Origin: Nitrosopumilus sp. | GTDB lineage: Archaea > Thermoproteota > Nitrososphaeria > Nitrososphaerales > Nitrosopumilaceae | Direction of reading: 5' to 3' | Assembly (NCBI GenBank): GCA_965214775.1 | Contig: OZ243974.1 | Location: forward strand, 1,376,001-1,440,000 | DNA length: 64,000 nt | Shown: positions 11,014 through 20,222 of the stretch, piece by piece | Layout of the letters: each line of letters begins with the position of its first letter | How positions within the stretch are numbered: the first letter of the stretch is position 1 | Program-made: the position numbers and the translations under genes | Notes under the pieces: model-generated | What the model was told of the DNA's origin: nothing | The model's input: only the letters and a program-made list of their open reading frames with translations | Database searches by the model: none

Positions 11014-11126
11014 CTTGGTGGTCTCGTCGACAAGGATGCGCATCATTTTGAGGCGTTATGCCAGGCAAGGAAGAGCTTACACCTAAACTTGGTGGTCTCG
11101 TCGACAAGGATGCGCATCGTTTTGAG
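11014..11126. repeat. Direct repeat (31 bp exact, 39 bp with 1 mismatch) flanking a 35-bp unique insert
   Basis: cttggtggtctcgtcgacaaggatgcgcatc(a/g)ttttgag at 11014 and 11088. Confidence 0.92.
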
Positions 11127-11718
11127 AAGCATCAGGTTCTCTGGCGACATGTTCTTTGGAGCCTCCTCGTCCAGTCCGTTATGTTCTATGCGAAAAGTCG
11201 GGTACAGGCCTGTGCCCTCTGAATACTCGGATCGGATGTTTTTGATCAGGACTGGCCTTGGAAGGTTTCTTATCGATTCAAGCATTGCGTCGATGTCCTC
11301 CCGCCTTCTCTCGCATACGATCTCGACTGTGCCGTCCTCTAGGTTCTTGACGTATCCGTGAATCTCGCGCCGTATCGCCTCTGCCTGTACGAGGCAGCGG
11401 AGCCCGACTTCCTAGACTGTCCTTTCAAGCAGGAACGATGCCCTCTGCATACGGACAGTTGCCCTCGTGTGTATATTACAATTATGGCGTACTCATTCTT
11501 GATTATAGTGACGGGTTATTCCATGCCGGGTGGCGTGTGGACTTTGTGCGTAATCTACATAGATGAGATGAATTGTACAATTCATTCCTACGTAAAATCA
11601 GATGTGAACAGGAAGTTTGGATGAATGTTTTACGCCTGGAAAGTTGGGGGCCTGACGTGTATGACGAATTTGTTTGCAACAATCCTGGTTTTGAACTGAT
11701 TACAGTACCTGTCTGCTT

Positions 11719-11806
11719 ATAGTGACGATTAAAAGTCTTTGATCATCAAAAAGCGCCTTCCTGGGTAGTTTATGCCCACACGTGCTCAAACTTTTAATCG
11801 CTACTA
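11719..11806. mobile_element. MITE (~88 bp), TIR TAGTGACGATTAAAAGT; copies ~7929-8020 and ~1428-1520
   Basis: Imperfect TIR; shared core gtctttgatcatcaaaaagc in three places. Confidence 0.7.
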
Positions 11807-12329
11807 TGACCACCTATCTTTTCGTTCCTTCCTAACTGACTTTGTTTTCTCTTTGAAATCCATTCCTTTTTCAAAAAATTCCGATATCAAAATTTTCATA
11901 GCAGATCGTGCTGTTTGTAAAGTGACTTGCGATCTTGTACGCAAACTCTGTTTGAACGGCCATTGCTGATGGCAGGATTCATGCCTGAACTTCCAGATCC
12001 CAAGACGCTGCGAATTTTTCCCTGATTTTGAGATCCTTTGTTATGGACTTGGCTGATGTTCCTGGCAGCCGGCATTTCCCACAAACTTTTCCCTGACTTT
12101 GATGATGTCTTTTTGCTCAAGTGCATCGGCAATCAGCTCTGCCTAGGGTTGGCCCGACACAAAATTTTACTCCAGAAAGAGAGAACTCTCTTATGCTTTG
12201 GTTCATGCTGCCCTTTGATCCCCTCAACCCCTTCAAGTTCGTTATCGGAGAGTCCTGCTCTTGGAGCATCATTCCCGTCTGTCACCATGCCGTCGAGTTT
12301 TATTGATTAATGGCCTGCCGGGACTATTC

Positions 12330-12977
12330 CTAAAACACATAATCTGAAGATGCGCCGTCAATGTTTATCGTAACTCCGGAAAGATACTTTATCTGATTCT
12401 CTACGATGGATTTGACAAAATTTCCTATCTCCTCTGGCTCTCCCAATCTTTTCATTGGCAATGTCTTCTTGAATTCCTCTACGTCGTCTATCAACTCCCT
12501 TGTCCTGTCCGTGTTGATTGGGCCCGGTGCTATGTTGATGCAACTGACTTGATTCTGGGCATACTCCTTGCTTAGCACCTTGAAAACCTCTGAAAACGCC
12601 GCTCTGTACGCTGATGAGATTATCAGCTTTGGATTTGGCTCCTTGATGACGCTTGAGCTTATCAGGAAGACATATCCCCCGTCATTGATCTTGATGTTCT
12701 GCAATATTGTGCAAAATCCCAAGAACAACTGATTGTGATATTTCATCCAGTCTTTCTCGGAAATTTCTGAAAATTGTTTTGGAACCGGGCCTCCGGTATT
12801 TAACACAAGAATGTCCGTCTGACAGTGCTCTCTTACAAAGTTTCTGACACTCTCCAAGTCCGAAGTATCGATCTCGTTTTTTGATGTTGCAACCACATCC
12901 ACCTGAATTGAGCCGAGTGCTTTGGATATGGCCTTTCCAATTCCCCTTGAACCCCCCAAAACAATGGCCTTTGGCAT
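12330..12977 (-). CDS. Short-chain dehydrogenase/reductase
   Basis: GGSRGIG, PGPINT, RLGEPEE, IDG motifs. Confidence 0.88.
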   Translation of the reverse strand: MPKAIVLGGSRGIGKAISKALGSIQVDVVATSKNEIDTSDLESVRNFVREHCQTDILVLNTGGPVPKQFSEISEKDWMKYHNQLFLGFCTILQNIKINDGGYVFLISSSVIKEPNPKLIISSAYRAAFSEVFKVLSKEYAQNQVSCINIAPGPINTDRTRELIDDVEEFKKTLPMKRLGEPEEIGNFVKSIVENQIKYLSGVTINIDGASSDYVF

Positions 12978-13001
12978 ACAACATCAATAATTTCTGGATG
13001 A

Positions 13002-13274
13002 TTAAATTTCTTTAATCTCGGTAATCGTTCCCTGGACGGAATCCATCTTTACAATTGCCCTTTTTTCTTCCTCTTCCTCTCTATCTTCCTTCTCCTCCTC
13101 CTCCCATCCCAATGCCACATACCAGTCTCCTGCATCATCGTCGTATTTCGTCTCCAAAACCTTTGCTTCTTGGGGCCTGATGCTGTATTTTTTGGCTATT
13201 GCTGATACGGCTAGTGCTATTGCGTCCTCTTCCTTCTCTAGCCTTCTCTTCATCAACCCAATTCCGGGACTCAT
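13002..13274 (-). CDS. Small hypothetical protein
   Basis: MSPGIGLMKRRL... 90 aa, directly upstream of and co-oriented with the SDR gene. Confidence 0.7.
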   Translation of the reverse strand: MSPGIGLMKRRLEKEEDAIALAVSAIAKKYSIRPQEAKVLETKYDDDAGDWYVALGWEEEEKEDREEEEEKRAIVKMDSVQGTITEIKEI

Positions 13275-13328
13275 GGTTTTCTCCTGCCCATCATGCAACA
13301 TATTAACTAATAAGATTGGCCTTGGGGC

Positions 13329-13436
13329 AAGTGGAATCATCATCATCGATCCATTTTTCCAGAATAGGGCGTTGACGGCGATGGTCTTCCCACTGCCGTG
13401 TAAGTGGAATCATCATCATCGATCCATTTTTCCAGA
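13329..13436. repeat. Exact 35-bp direct repeat flanking a 38-bp unique insert
   Basis: aagtggaatcatcatcatcgatccatttttccaga at 13329-13363 and 13402-13436. Confidence 0.95.
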
Positions 13437-13490
13437 CTGGCATCACCTTTGGCAACATTTCAAATATCCCTTTTCCAGAGTGCAATCAAA

Positions 13491-14084
13491 GTGAAACTGA
13501 CCAGAATAATTCCAAAATCGTCTTTTAGAGCACCTAGCACGCTTCTGCCATTTGTATCCGTATTGGCAGTTGCCGGCCCAGTCATTGTAGTTTTTGCAGG
13601 CTTTTGGGATGCCGTTTCCCATCTTCAAAAAGAACCCGAGTTCTTTTGGAGCGCCCCCCACATGGCCGTCTATGCGGGAGTTACAATGTCTTTGTCTGGC
13701 GCGGTCTTGGGAGGCATCCTGCTTTACAAAAAATCCGTCCACAAATCCCTGAAAACCGGAATTCAGCTTGTGGTTGCCGGCTCTGTCATGCAGGCCATCT
13801 CCGGATTTGGCGACTCTCTGTCTCATGACCTTTTTGGAATTGACGGGCTGATCTCCTGGTCCCATCAACCCCTTGAACTGGGACTTGTCTTGGCGTCTCT
13901 TGGCGCCGTCTTTATAATCAAAAACAGGGAACACACAAGACTCCGGCTTTTTCTTCCATTCTCAATTGTGACATTCCTGTTTTTTGCAACCTGGCTGGCA
14001 TTCAATCTGGTTTTGATCGTCGGCCATACCGTCCAATGCATTCCTGTCTATGAAATATTCTCATCTGGCTGCGCCATACTGTAG
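13491..14084 (+). CDS. Multi-pass membrane protein
   Basis: Five to six hydrophobic segments; WDxxxH, FWSxPH and DxxxH motifs; GTG start at 13491. Confidence 0.75.
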   Translation: MKLTRIIPKSSFRAPSTLLPFVSVLAVAGPVIVVFAGFWDAVSHLQKEPEFFWSAPHMAVYAGVTMSLSGAVLGGILLYKKSVHKSLKTGIQLVVAGSVMQAISGFGDSLSHDLFGIDGLISWSHQPLELGLVLASLGAVFIIKNREHTRLRLFLPFSIVTFLFFATWLAFNLVLIVGHTVQCIPVYEIFSSGCAIL

Positions 14085-14539
14085 TTTTTCAGCTTGAGGT
14101 ATGATATTATCATCAGTGTAACGGAGCCGGCAAGAATCAGACTGCCTGCGGGAACCATCTCCCTTGAGTTCGTATCCCCAAGTTCCACCTGGATGTAAAC
14201 TGGATTTTTTGAAATATTTGTAATTCTTATTGCATGCATCCCATCTGTCTCATAATCAAAATATCCCACGGACAGCCTTGTCTGGATCTTCTCTTCCTCA
14301 AGAACATTCTCATTGGGATCTAGTATCTGGACAAAGACCGCCTGCCCCCCAAATTCAGGCATGAACACTCTGTAAAACCCGATATCGCTGCCTGCAAAAC
14401 CCGACTCTACTTCAAACGAGGTACTTTGTTTTAGAACAGCCTCGTCCTGGGCCCTCTCATTACCTTCAAAAATTATTGCAACCCAGACACTTCCTGAAAC
14501 TGCCAAAATCAGCCCTATCTTGAACAATGAAAGCCTCAC
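14048..14539 (-). CDS. Hypothetical membrane-anchored protein
   Basis: N- and C-terminal TM helices around a soluble domain. Confidence 0.75.
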   Translation of the reverse strand: MRLSLFKIGLILAVSGSVWVAIIFEGNERAQDEAVLKQSTSFEVESGFAGSDIGFYRVFMPEFGGQAVFVQILDPNENVLEEEKIQTRLSVGYFDYETDGMHAIRITNISKNPVYIQVELGDTNSREMVPAGSLILAGSVTLMIISYLKLKNYSMAQPDENIS

Positions 14540-14581
14540 TTCATCAGGACTGAGAGATGCCTGATTAATAAGACAATCTAA

Positions 14582-14656
14582 AGGGCTCGGAGGGCTTCGA
14601 TCCCTCGACCTGGCGGTCCGAAGCCGCCCGCACTATCCAGACTGTGCTACGAGTCC
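14582..14656 (-). tRNA. tRNA-Arg(TCG)
   Basis: GGACTCG/CGAGCCC acceptor stem, anticodon arm GGCGG-CTTCGGA-CCGCC, T-arm GAGGG-ATCGAAG-CCCTC. Confidence 0.92.
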
Positions 14657-14700
14657 AAAAAAGTAAGACTTTAACGGGCCTAAATATCTGTCTAGATACT

Positions 14701-15876
14701 TTGAAAGTGTCAAAAAAAGTCGCAGGCGTAGAGTATGCCATCAGGGACATCGTTCTGACTGCACGTAAAGTCCAAGAAAAGGGAATGCGTGTGGACTATC
14801 TTAACATAGGCGATCCCGTACAGTTTGGCTTTCAGCCGCCAAACAACGTCAGGCAGGCATTAATTGATGCAATCAACAGGGGAGAGAACTACTACTCTTC
14901 CTCTGAAGGTCTGCCCGAACTACGTCATGAGATCGCCAAAAAGGAGAGCTCCAAGGGACTGTCAGTATCAGCTGATGAAATCCTGGTCACAAACGGCGTG
15001 TCTGAGGGATTAGACATGGTCATCTCTTCGATTGTTGAGGAGGGCGACGAGGTCCTGCTGCCCGGTCCGTACTATCCACCGTACGCCTCATATGTAAGGC
15101 TGCATGGGGGGATTCCAGTCGAATTTGCAGTTGATCTGAACAACTCAACACCTGACATTGAGGATATCAGATCCAAAATTACGCCAAAGACTGTTGCCAT
15201 CTGCCTAATCAGTCCCAACAACCCCACAGGCGTCGTCTTTAATGAAAAGTCTCTAAAAGAGCTGGTAGACACTGCAAATCAGCACAACCTCTACATCATC
15301 TGCGATGAAATATATGATCAAATCGTCTTTGATGAAAAATTTGTCGGAATTGGCAGGCTTGCAGGCGATTCGCCGGTCATAATTCTAAATGGCTTTTCCA
15401 AGTCACACCTGATGTCTGGCTGGAGAATCGGATATATTGCATTTAACCAGTCGCCAAAATTGCAGCCAATCCAAGAGAACCTTCCCAAACTGGCCAGGGT
15501 CAGAATTGCCACCAGCCTCCCGATCCAACATGCCGCATTGGAATCCCTTCGGGGCCCGCAAGACTATGTCAGGGATTTTGTCTCTGAGATCAAAAAGAGG
15601 AGGAACCTTGTAGTCAAACGGCTTGATAAGATGCCGGGAATCTCGTGCCCAAACCCAAAGGGAGCATTTTACGCATTTCCAAAAATTGAAGACAACAGAC
15701 ATGGCAGTGACAAAGAGTTTGTCACAAAGCTCCTGGAATCAAAGGGCGTTCTGACCGTTCACGGTTCCGGGTTTGGCAGACAATACGGAAGCGGGCATTT
15801 CAGGCTGGTCTATCTTCCCAGCTTGGAAGTTCTAGATTCTGCAATGAACAAGATTGAAGATTTTGTCAGTCAATAG
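14701..15876 (+). CDS. PLP-dependent aminotransferase class I/II
   Basis: LNIGDP, PNNPTG, DEIY, GFSK...GWRIG; TTG start at 14701. Confidence 0.92.
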   Translation: MKVSKKVAGVEYAIRDIVLTARKVQEKGMRVDYLNIGDPVQFGFQPPNNVRQALIDAINRGENYYSSSEGLPELRHEIAKKESSKGLSVSADEILVTNGVSEGLDMVISSIVEEGDEVLLPGPYYPPYASYVRLHGGIPVEFAVDLNNSTPDIEDIRSKITPKTVAICLISPNNPTGVVFNEKSLKELVDTANQHNLYIICDEIYDQIVFDEKFVGIGRLAGDSPVIILNGFSKSHLMSGWRIGYIAFNQSPKLQPIQENLPKLARVRIATSLPIQHAALESLRGPQDYVRDFVSEIKKRRNLVVKRLDKMPGISCPNPKGAFYAFPKIEDNRHGSDKEFVTKLLESKGVLTVHGSGFGRQYGSGHFRLVYLPSLEVLDSAMNKIEDFVSQ

Positions 15877-16274
15877 CTCCACACTGTCAGCTTTTCGGGA
15901 ACAATCTCAATAATACAATTAGTATCCTCCAGCAGTTCTCTTGCAGATTTTTTGTCTAACGCAGAAAAATACCTCAAAAGAATTTTTTTTGCAATTCCTT
16001 TTACCCTGGACTTCTCTAAAATCAGATTGGCCGTGCCCTTGCCCATTACGCCGTATATTTTCGGCGCATTGACTCCCACATCCACACAAAACGAGATTTT
16101 TTTGTTTCTTTTGATGTTCTTTGCCTTTTGCGTTCTGGTGTTCGTTCCGACATAGAATTTTCTTGCATTGTACAGATACCAGACGGGAACAACGTGCGGG
16201 GCCCTGTCTCCTCTTCCCAGCGTGGCCAAACGCAGGATTTTCTGTGATCTTAAGAATTCATCCTTTTTGCCCAT
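15870..16274 (-). CDS. Pyridoxamine 5'-phosphate oxidase-like (flavin/F420-binding) protein
   Basis: RLAT...PHVVPVWY...KAKNIxRN motif. Confidence 0.85.
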   Translation of the reverse strand: MGKKDEFLRSQKILRLATLGRGDRAPHVVPVWYLYNARKFYVGTNTRTQKAKNIKRNKKISFCVDVGVNAPKIYGVMGKGTANLILEKSRVKGIAKKILLRYFSALDKKSARELLEDTNCIIEIVPEKLTVWSY

Positions 16275-16494
16275 GTTCTCTGAACCCTAGTGCCACCATA
16301 AAAACCCCAAACGCTATCATTGCAGCCGAAACCTTCTCGTTTGTGATTTCCCCATTTGTCAAAAAGTCTACAACAAAATCCGTGCCCCAGATCAACAGCT
16401 GTTGGATGAGAACGATTCCCCCCATCACGCAAAACATTATGCCTATGGCTGTAAACCAGTTCTTGCCTCGTCTGTAATAATATTCGTGGCCCAT
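16258..16494 (-). CDS. Small membrane protein
   Basis: Two TM helices; operonic position. Confidence 0.7.
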   Translation of the reverse strand: MGHEYYYRRGKNWFTAIGIMFCVMGGIVLIQQLLIWGTDFVVDFLTNGEITNEKVSAAMIAFGVFMVALGFREHGQKG

Positions 16495-16513
16495 GACAGT
16501 CAGAATTTCCGAC

Positions 16514-17185
16514 TCAGATGATCTTTATTCCTGGATTCTTGATCCTGTTTTGAATCATCGCATTTAGAAGCAATGGCGTGGCCATCTCTGCAAGATATGA
16601 AAGCTCAATTGGACCAAGATAGATTGAACGGAGCCCCTTGATCTCGTCAATTAGCGTATTGACTGAGCTTACTGCCTCCTTGTCGTCCCCACACACAAAA
16701 ATATCATAGTCTAACTCGAGCGTTGGATCTGCAAGCTTTTTCTCCGAAATTACATGAAATGCCGAGACCAACCTTGATTTGTCCCTCATGTGGTTTGAGA
16801 CAAGCTTGTATGAAAACGGCTTGTTGTCCTTGATTGGCACACACTCAAAACCAACACCTGTTTTTGTCATTGGAACGATTGGCGATACAACTACACACCT
16901 CTCCTTTGTCTCTGAAAGAACTCCAGAACACACTGCGTCAATGTTCTCATACGGGATTGACAAAATCAAGACGTCGCTCTGTCTTGCAACTGAGACATTG
17001 TCGTCTCCAGAAATCGTACCCTTGATCTGCCCAAACGCTTCTTTTGCGATATTTGCATATTGGGCCGCAGATTCAGCTGCCCTTGCAGCATCCCTGGAGC
17101 CAACCATCACCTCGTGATTCTGCGACCATCTCAGGGCAAAGCCCTTGCCCATGCCGCCTGTTCCGCCAATAATCCCAATCTTCAT
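16514..17185 (-). CDS. npdG: NADPH-dependent F420 reductase
   Basis: IIGGTGxxGxGxA, VGSR, SAFH, VCGDD. Confidence 0.88.
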   Translation of the reverse strand: MKIGIIGGTGGMGKGFALRWSQNHEVMVGSRDAARAAESAAQYANIAKEAFGQIKGTISGDDNVSVARQSDVLILSIPYENIDAVCSGVLSETKERCVVVSPIVPMTKTGVGFECVPIKDNKPFSYKLVSNHMRDKSRLVSAFHVISEKKLADPTLELDYDIFVCGDDKEAVSSVNTLIDEIKGLRSIYLGPIELSYLAEMATPLLLNAMIQNRIKNPGIKII

Positions 17186-17238
17186 GATGACATACCTCTG
17201 ACAATGTTATTATTATCTCTATTTGAAATCTGGGCAAG

Positions 17239-17865
17239 ATGGGACAGATTATCTTCCTCAGACATGGTCAGGCAAGAAACAACACCGAAAGGATTCTTGC
17301 GGGAAGAACCGACGGCGTCCCGTTGACAGATACGGGAGTAAGGCAATCAGAACATACTGCTGAACTACTTGAACACATGGGCATCTCTGCAATCTACTCG
17401 AGTCCCATTCAGAGAGCAAGACACACCGCAGAAATTGTCGGAGAGCACAATTCCGTTGATGTTGCCGTTGATGACAGGCTGATCGAACTTGACATGGGAA
17501 AGTTCACCGGAATGGCATATGATGAAATCCTTAACAGCCATGGAAACGTCTTTATGAAATTCTATAACGGGGAGTTGGAAATTGCCCATAATGGTGTGGA
17601 GACCTTTTCCCAAGTAAGATCCCGCGTTCTGGAAATCGTTGATCACGTCCTTGAAAGTCATCCCGATGAAAACGTGCTCTTGGTGACTCATATGGATCCC
17701 ATCAAGGCCATGCTGTCTACGGTTGTGGATCTCTCCCCGACAAATCTCTTTGAACTAGTCATTGCAAACGCATCCCTGAATATCTTTAGGGAAAAAGATC
17801 GCAAATTTTCCATTTCCGGACTCAATGTAATGCATCCCTCGAGATTCGATCAGGGCTGTTGGTAG
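17239..17865 (+). CDS. Histidine phosphatase / phosphoglycerate mutase family
   Basis: RHG motif, SSPxxRA, ExxxG, VTH. Confidence 0.9.
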   Translation: MGQIIFLRHGQARNNTERILAGRTDGVPLTDTGVRQSEHTAELLEHMGISAIYSSPIQRARHTAEIVGEHNSVDVAVDDRLIELDMGKFTGMAYDEILNSHGNVFMKFYNGELEIAHNGVETFSQVRSRVLEIVDHVLESHPDENVLLVTHMDPIKAMLSTVVDLSPTNLFELVIANASLNIFREKDRKFSISGLNVMHPSRFDQGCW

Positions 17866-17923
17866 ATCAGAAAAATCTTGAAAACCCTTAAATAGAAATC
17901 AAAGGCCACGACAGTCAATCGCT

Positions 17924-18184
17924 ATGAAGTGGATTGTCGGATTGTTCTTTGTAATGTCGGTTTTAGTGATAATTCCTGCCTTGGAATCGGCCTTTGCTGC
18001 AGGAGATGAGCCAGGGGAATACCTTGACCGCAGGGTGGTCATTTGGAACCTGTTTTTTAGAATGATGACTGTTGCATTTACGGTGGGCGCAGTGGTGTCT
18101 GGAACGATTATCTGGCTGGTTTGGAGATTTAGGGAGTCCCATCCAAAGGCAAAGCCAACCCCGTATGAGGGTACGGACTGGTAG
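17924..18184 (+). CDS. Small membrane subunit of the cox operon (resembles the subunit II TM part)
   Basis: Signal/TM helices ending WRFR; first gene of the cluster. Confidence 0.75.
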   Translation: MKWIVGLFFVMSVLVIIPALESAFAAGDEPGEYLDRRVVIWNLFFRMMTVAFTVGAVVSGTIIWLVWRFRESHPKAKPTPYEGTDW

Positions 18185-18197
18185 GCAGGTAGTAGAG

Positions 18198-18629
18198 ATG
18201 GGCGGACATTCAAACTGGCCTGAGTGGATTTACGTAGGCATCGTAATTGCATTAATGACCTGGGTGGGTGCAGAGGCATGGGAGGCAGAAAGACTGGTTG
18301 AGCATGTTCCTGAGGATGCCAAAGTAATCAAGGTCTATGGACAACAATGGTTCTGGACCTTTGAACATGAGGACGGCACAAAAGAGATTGGCGAACTGCA
18401 TGTTGAAAAAGGAAAGGCCTACAAATTTGAAGTGATGGCCAAGGATGTCAATCACTCTTTTAACATTCATGATTACGTGGTCCTGATAGACGCCATTCCT
18501 GGCAGGGTCAACACGGTCTGGTTTGCACCAGACAAAGTGGGAGAGCATGACATTCAGTGCAGGGAATACTGTGGATTGATCCATTACAACATGAGGGGAA
18601 AACTGATTGTGGAGGAACCGTCATCTTGA
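18198..18629 (+). CDS. coxB: Cytochrome c oxidase subunit II (CuA domain)
   Basis: QWFW, DVNHSF, CREYCGxxHxxM. Confidence 0.92.
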   Translation: MGGHSNWPEWIYVGIVIALMTWVGAEAWEAERLVEHVPEDAKVIKVYGQQWFWTFEHEDGTKEIGELHVEKGKAYKFEVMAKDVNHSFNIHDYVVLIDAIPGRVNTVWFAPDKVGEHDIQCREYCGLIHYNMRGKLIVEEPSS

Positions 18630-18678
18630 AAACGCTTTTATCACAAATTCCATGTGCAGTAGGTGGAGAGATCAGCTG

Positions 18679-20205
18679 ATGGTTCTGGAACTGCAAAAAC
18701 CGCGCCCAATTTGGCAGATAATGTTCTCGACACACCATACTGATGTCGGGCTGCTTTATCTCATCACATCGCTGGGCTTTTTGTTTTTGGGCGGCACCTT
18801 GGCACTTGCAATCAGGGCCGAGCTCTTCTTGCCTGGAGCTCAAATCATTGCAGATGCAATGACGTTCAATAGGATCTTTACCGTTCACGGGACGACGCTG
18901 ATCTTCTTGTTTATCATACCATTTGCATCTGCAGTCGGCAACTACTATGTCCCGATCATGGTCAGATACAAGGACATGGCCTATCCAAAACTCAATGCAA
19001 TTGCATTCTGGATGATTCCCCCGTCCGGCGCGCTTATCTGGCTGGGCTTTGCCGACTTTACCTGGTATGCGACCCCGCCGTACTCTATTATCAGCGCGCC
19101 TGGTCCGGCAGCCGACATGTGGATATTCGGACTAAAGATTCTGGGCATCTCGTCGGTTCTTGGCGCAATTAACTTTGTAGTCACGATTCTAAAATGCAAG
19201 CATCCGGACATGTCCATTGGCCAGGTCCCGTTGCTTGCATGGTCGTTCCTGTCCTCGTCGCTGATTATTCTTGTCGCAATTCCGACGTTTGCAGCAGCCC
19301 TTCTGATGCTGCTTACTGACAGGCTTGGCGTCAGCGGATTCTTCAATCCCGCAATGGGCGGGGATCCGATCGCGTATGCGCACCTGTTCTGGTTTACCTT
19401 CCATCCCGAAGTCTATGTGCTGGTAATCCCCGCAATCGGCATGATGTATGAAATCATCCCAAGATTCTCCAGAAAGCCGATCTTCAGCTATAATTCTGGC
19501 GTCTTTGCATTTGTTTTGCTGTCCATAGTCGGTTTCTCATCATGGGCCCACCACATGTATGCAACCGGAATGTCGTTTACAGAAAAGACCGTCTTCATGG
19601 TAGGCACGCTTGCCGCCGTCCCGGCATCTGCAATGCACGTGTTTAACTTTATTGCAACGATGTGGAACGGCAGAATCAGATTCTCAACTCCGATGATGTG
19701 GGCTGTTGGAGGAATCGCACTGTTCTTCTCTGCAGGCGCAGGAGGCGTGGTAAACAGCGCAATGCCGTTGGACTTTACGACACACGACACCTACTGGGTA
19801 GTCGGGCACTTTCACCTGTTTGTGATGGGAACGATTGCCTTTGGCTCGATCGGCTACTTTTACTACATGTTCCCATACGTGACTGGCAGAATGTACAACG
19901 AGGCAATGGGAAAGATTCACTTTATCCTGTCGTTTGTCGGAACCATACTTGTGTTCTTTACGCAGCACGTGCTTGGCCTGTACGGAATGCCGAGAAGAAT
20001 CTTTGACTATCCCCCGATCCCAGAATGGATTGCAATGAACCAAATTGCGTCAGTAGGCGCAATGATTATCGGCGTCAGCATGGCCATCTTCCTGTATAAC
20101 ATGATTTACAGTTCCGGCAGGGGAAAACCTGCAGACACGGACGATCCGTTTGCACTTGGAGGCAAGTACTATTATCCGTTTGAGGCAAAGAACCCGTCAC
20201 ACTAG
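18679..20205 (+). CDS. coxA: Cytochrome c oxidase subunit I
   Basis: HG, FHPEVY, WAHH, HDTYWVVGHFH, GMPRR. Confidence 0.96.
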   Translation: MVLELQKPRPIWQIMFSTHHTDVGLLYLITSLGFLFLGGTLALAIRAELFLPGAQIIADAMTFNRIFTVHGTTLIFLFIIPFASAVGNYYVPIMVRYKDMAYPKLNAIAFWMIPPSGALIWLGFADFTWYATPPYSIISAPGPAADMWIFGLKILGISSVLGAINFVVTILKCKHPDMSIGQVPLLAWSFLSSSLIILVAIPTFAAALLMLLTDRLGVSGFFNPAMGGDPIAYAHLFWFTFHPEVYVLVIPAIGMMYEIIPRFSRKPIFSYNSGVFAFVLLSIVGFSSWAHHMYATGMSFTEKTVFMVGTLAAVPASAMHVFNFIATMWNGRIRFSTPMMWAVGGIALFFSAGAGGVVNSAMPLDFTTHDTYWVVGHFHLFVMGTIAFGSIGYFYYMFPYVTGRMYNEAMGKIHFILSFVGTILVFFTQHVLGLYGMPRRIFDYPPIPEWIAMNQIASVGAMIIGVSMAIFLYNMIYSSGRGKPADTDDPFALGGKYYYPFEAKNPSH

Positions 20206-20222
20206 GAGAAGATGATGAAAAG

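Larger units (their letters stand above)
10786..11450 (-). pseudogene. acyP: Acylphosphatase with C-terminal heptad coiled coil, inactivated
   Basis: MQRASFLLERTV*EVGLR...GYVKNLEDGTVEIVCE with an in-frame TAG at the VQxVGxR motif; a 74-bp insertion frameshifts the C-terminus. Confidence 0.8.

Noticed and set aside
11896-12310. Short ORFs on both strands, and the many antisense ORFs across the track
   Set aside because: They overlap MITEs or real genes and show no protein motifs; 12030-12310 may be an unidentifiable pseudogene.
11014-13436. Calling the two repeat-spacer-repeat units true CRISPR arrays
   Set aside because: Each has only two repeats, the repeats differ between loci, one is demonstrably host coding sequence, and no leader or cas genes are visible.
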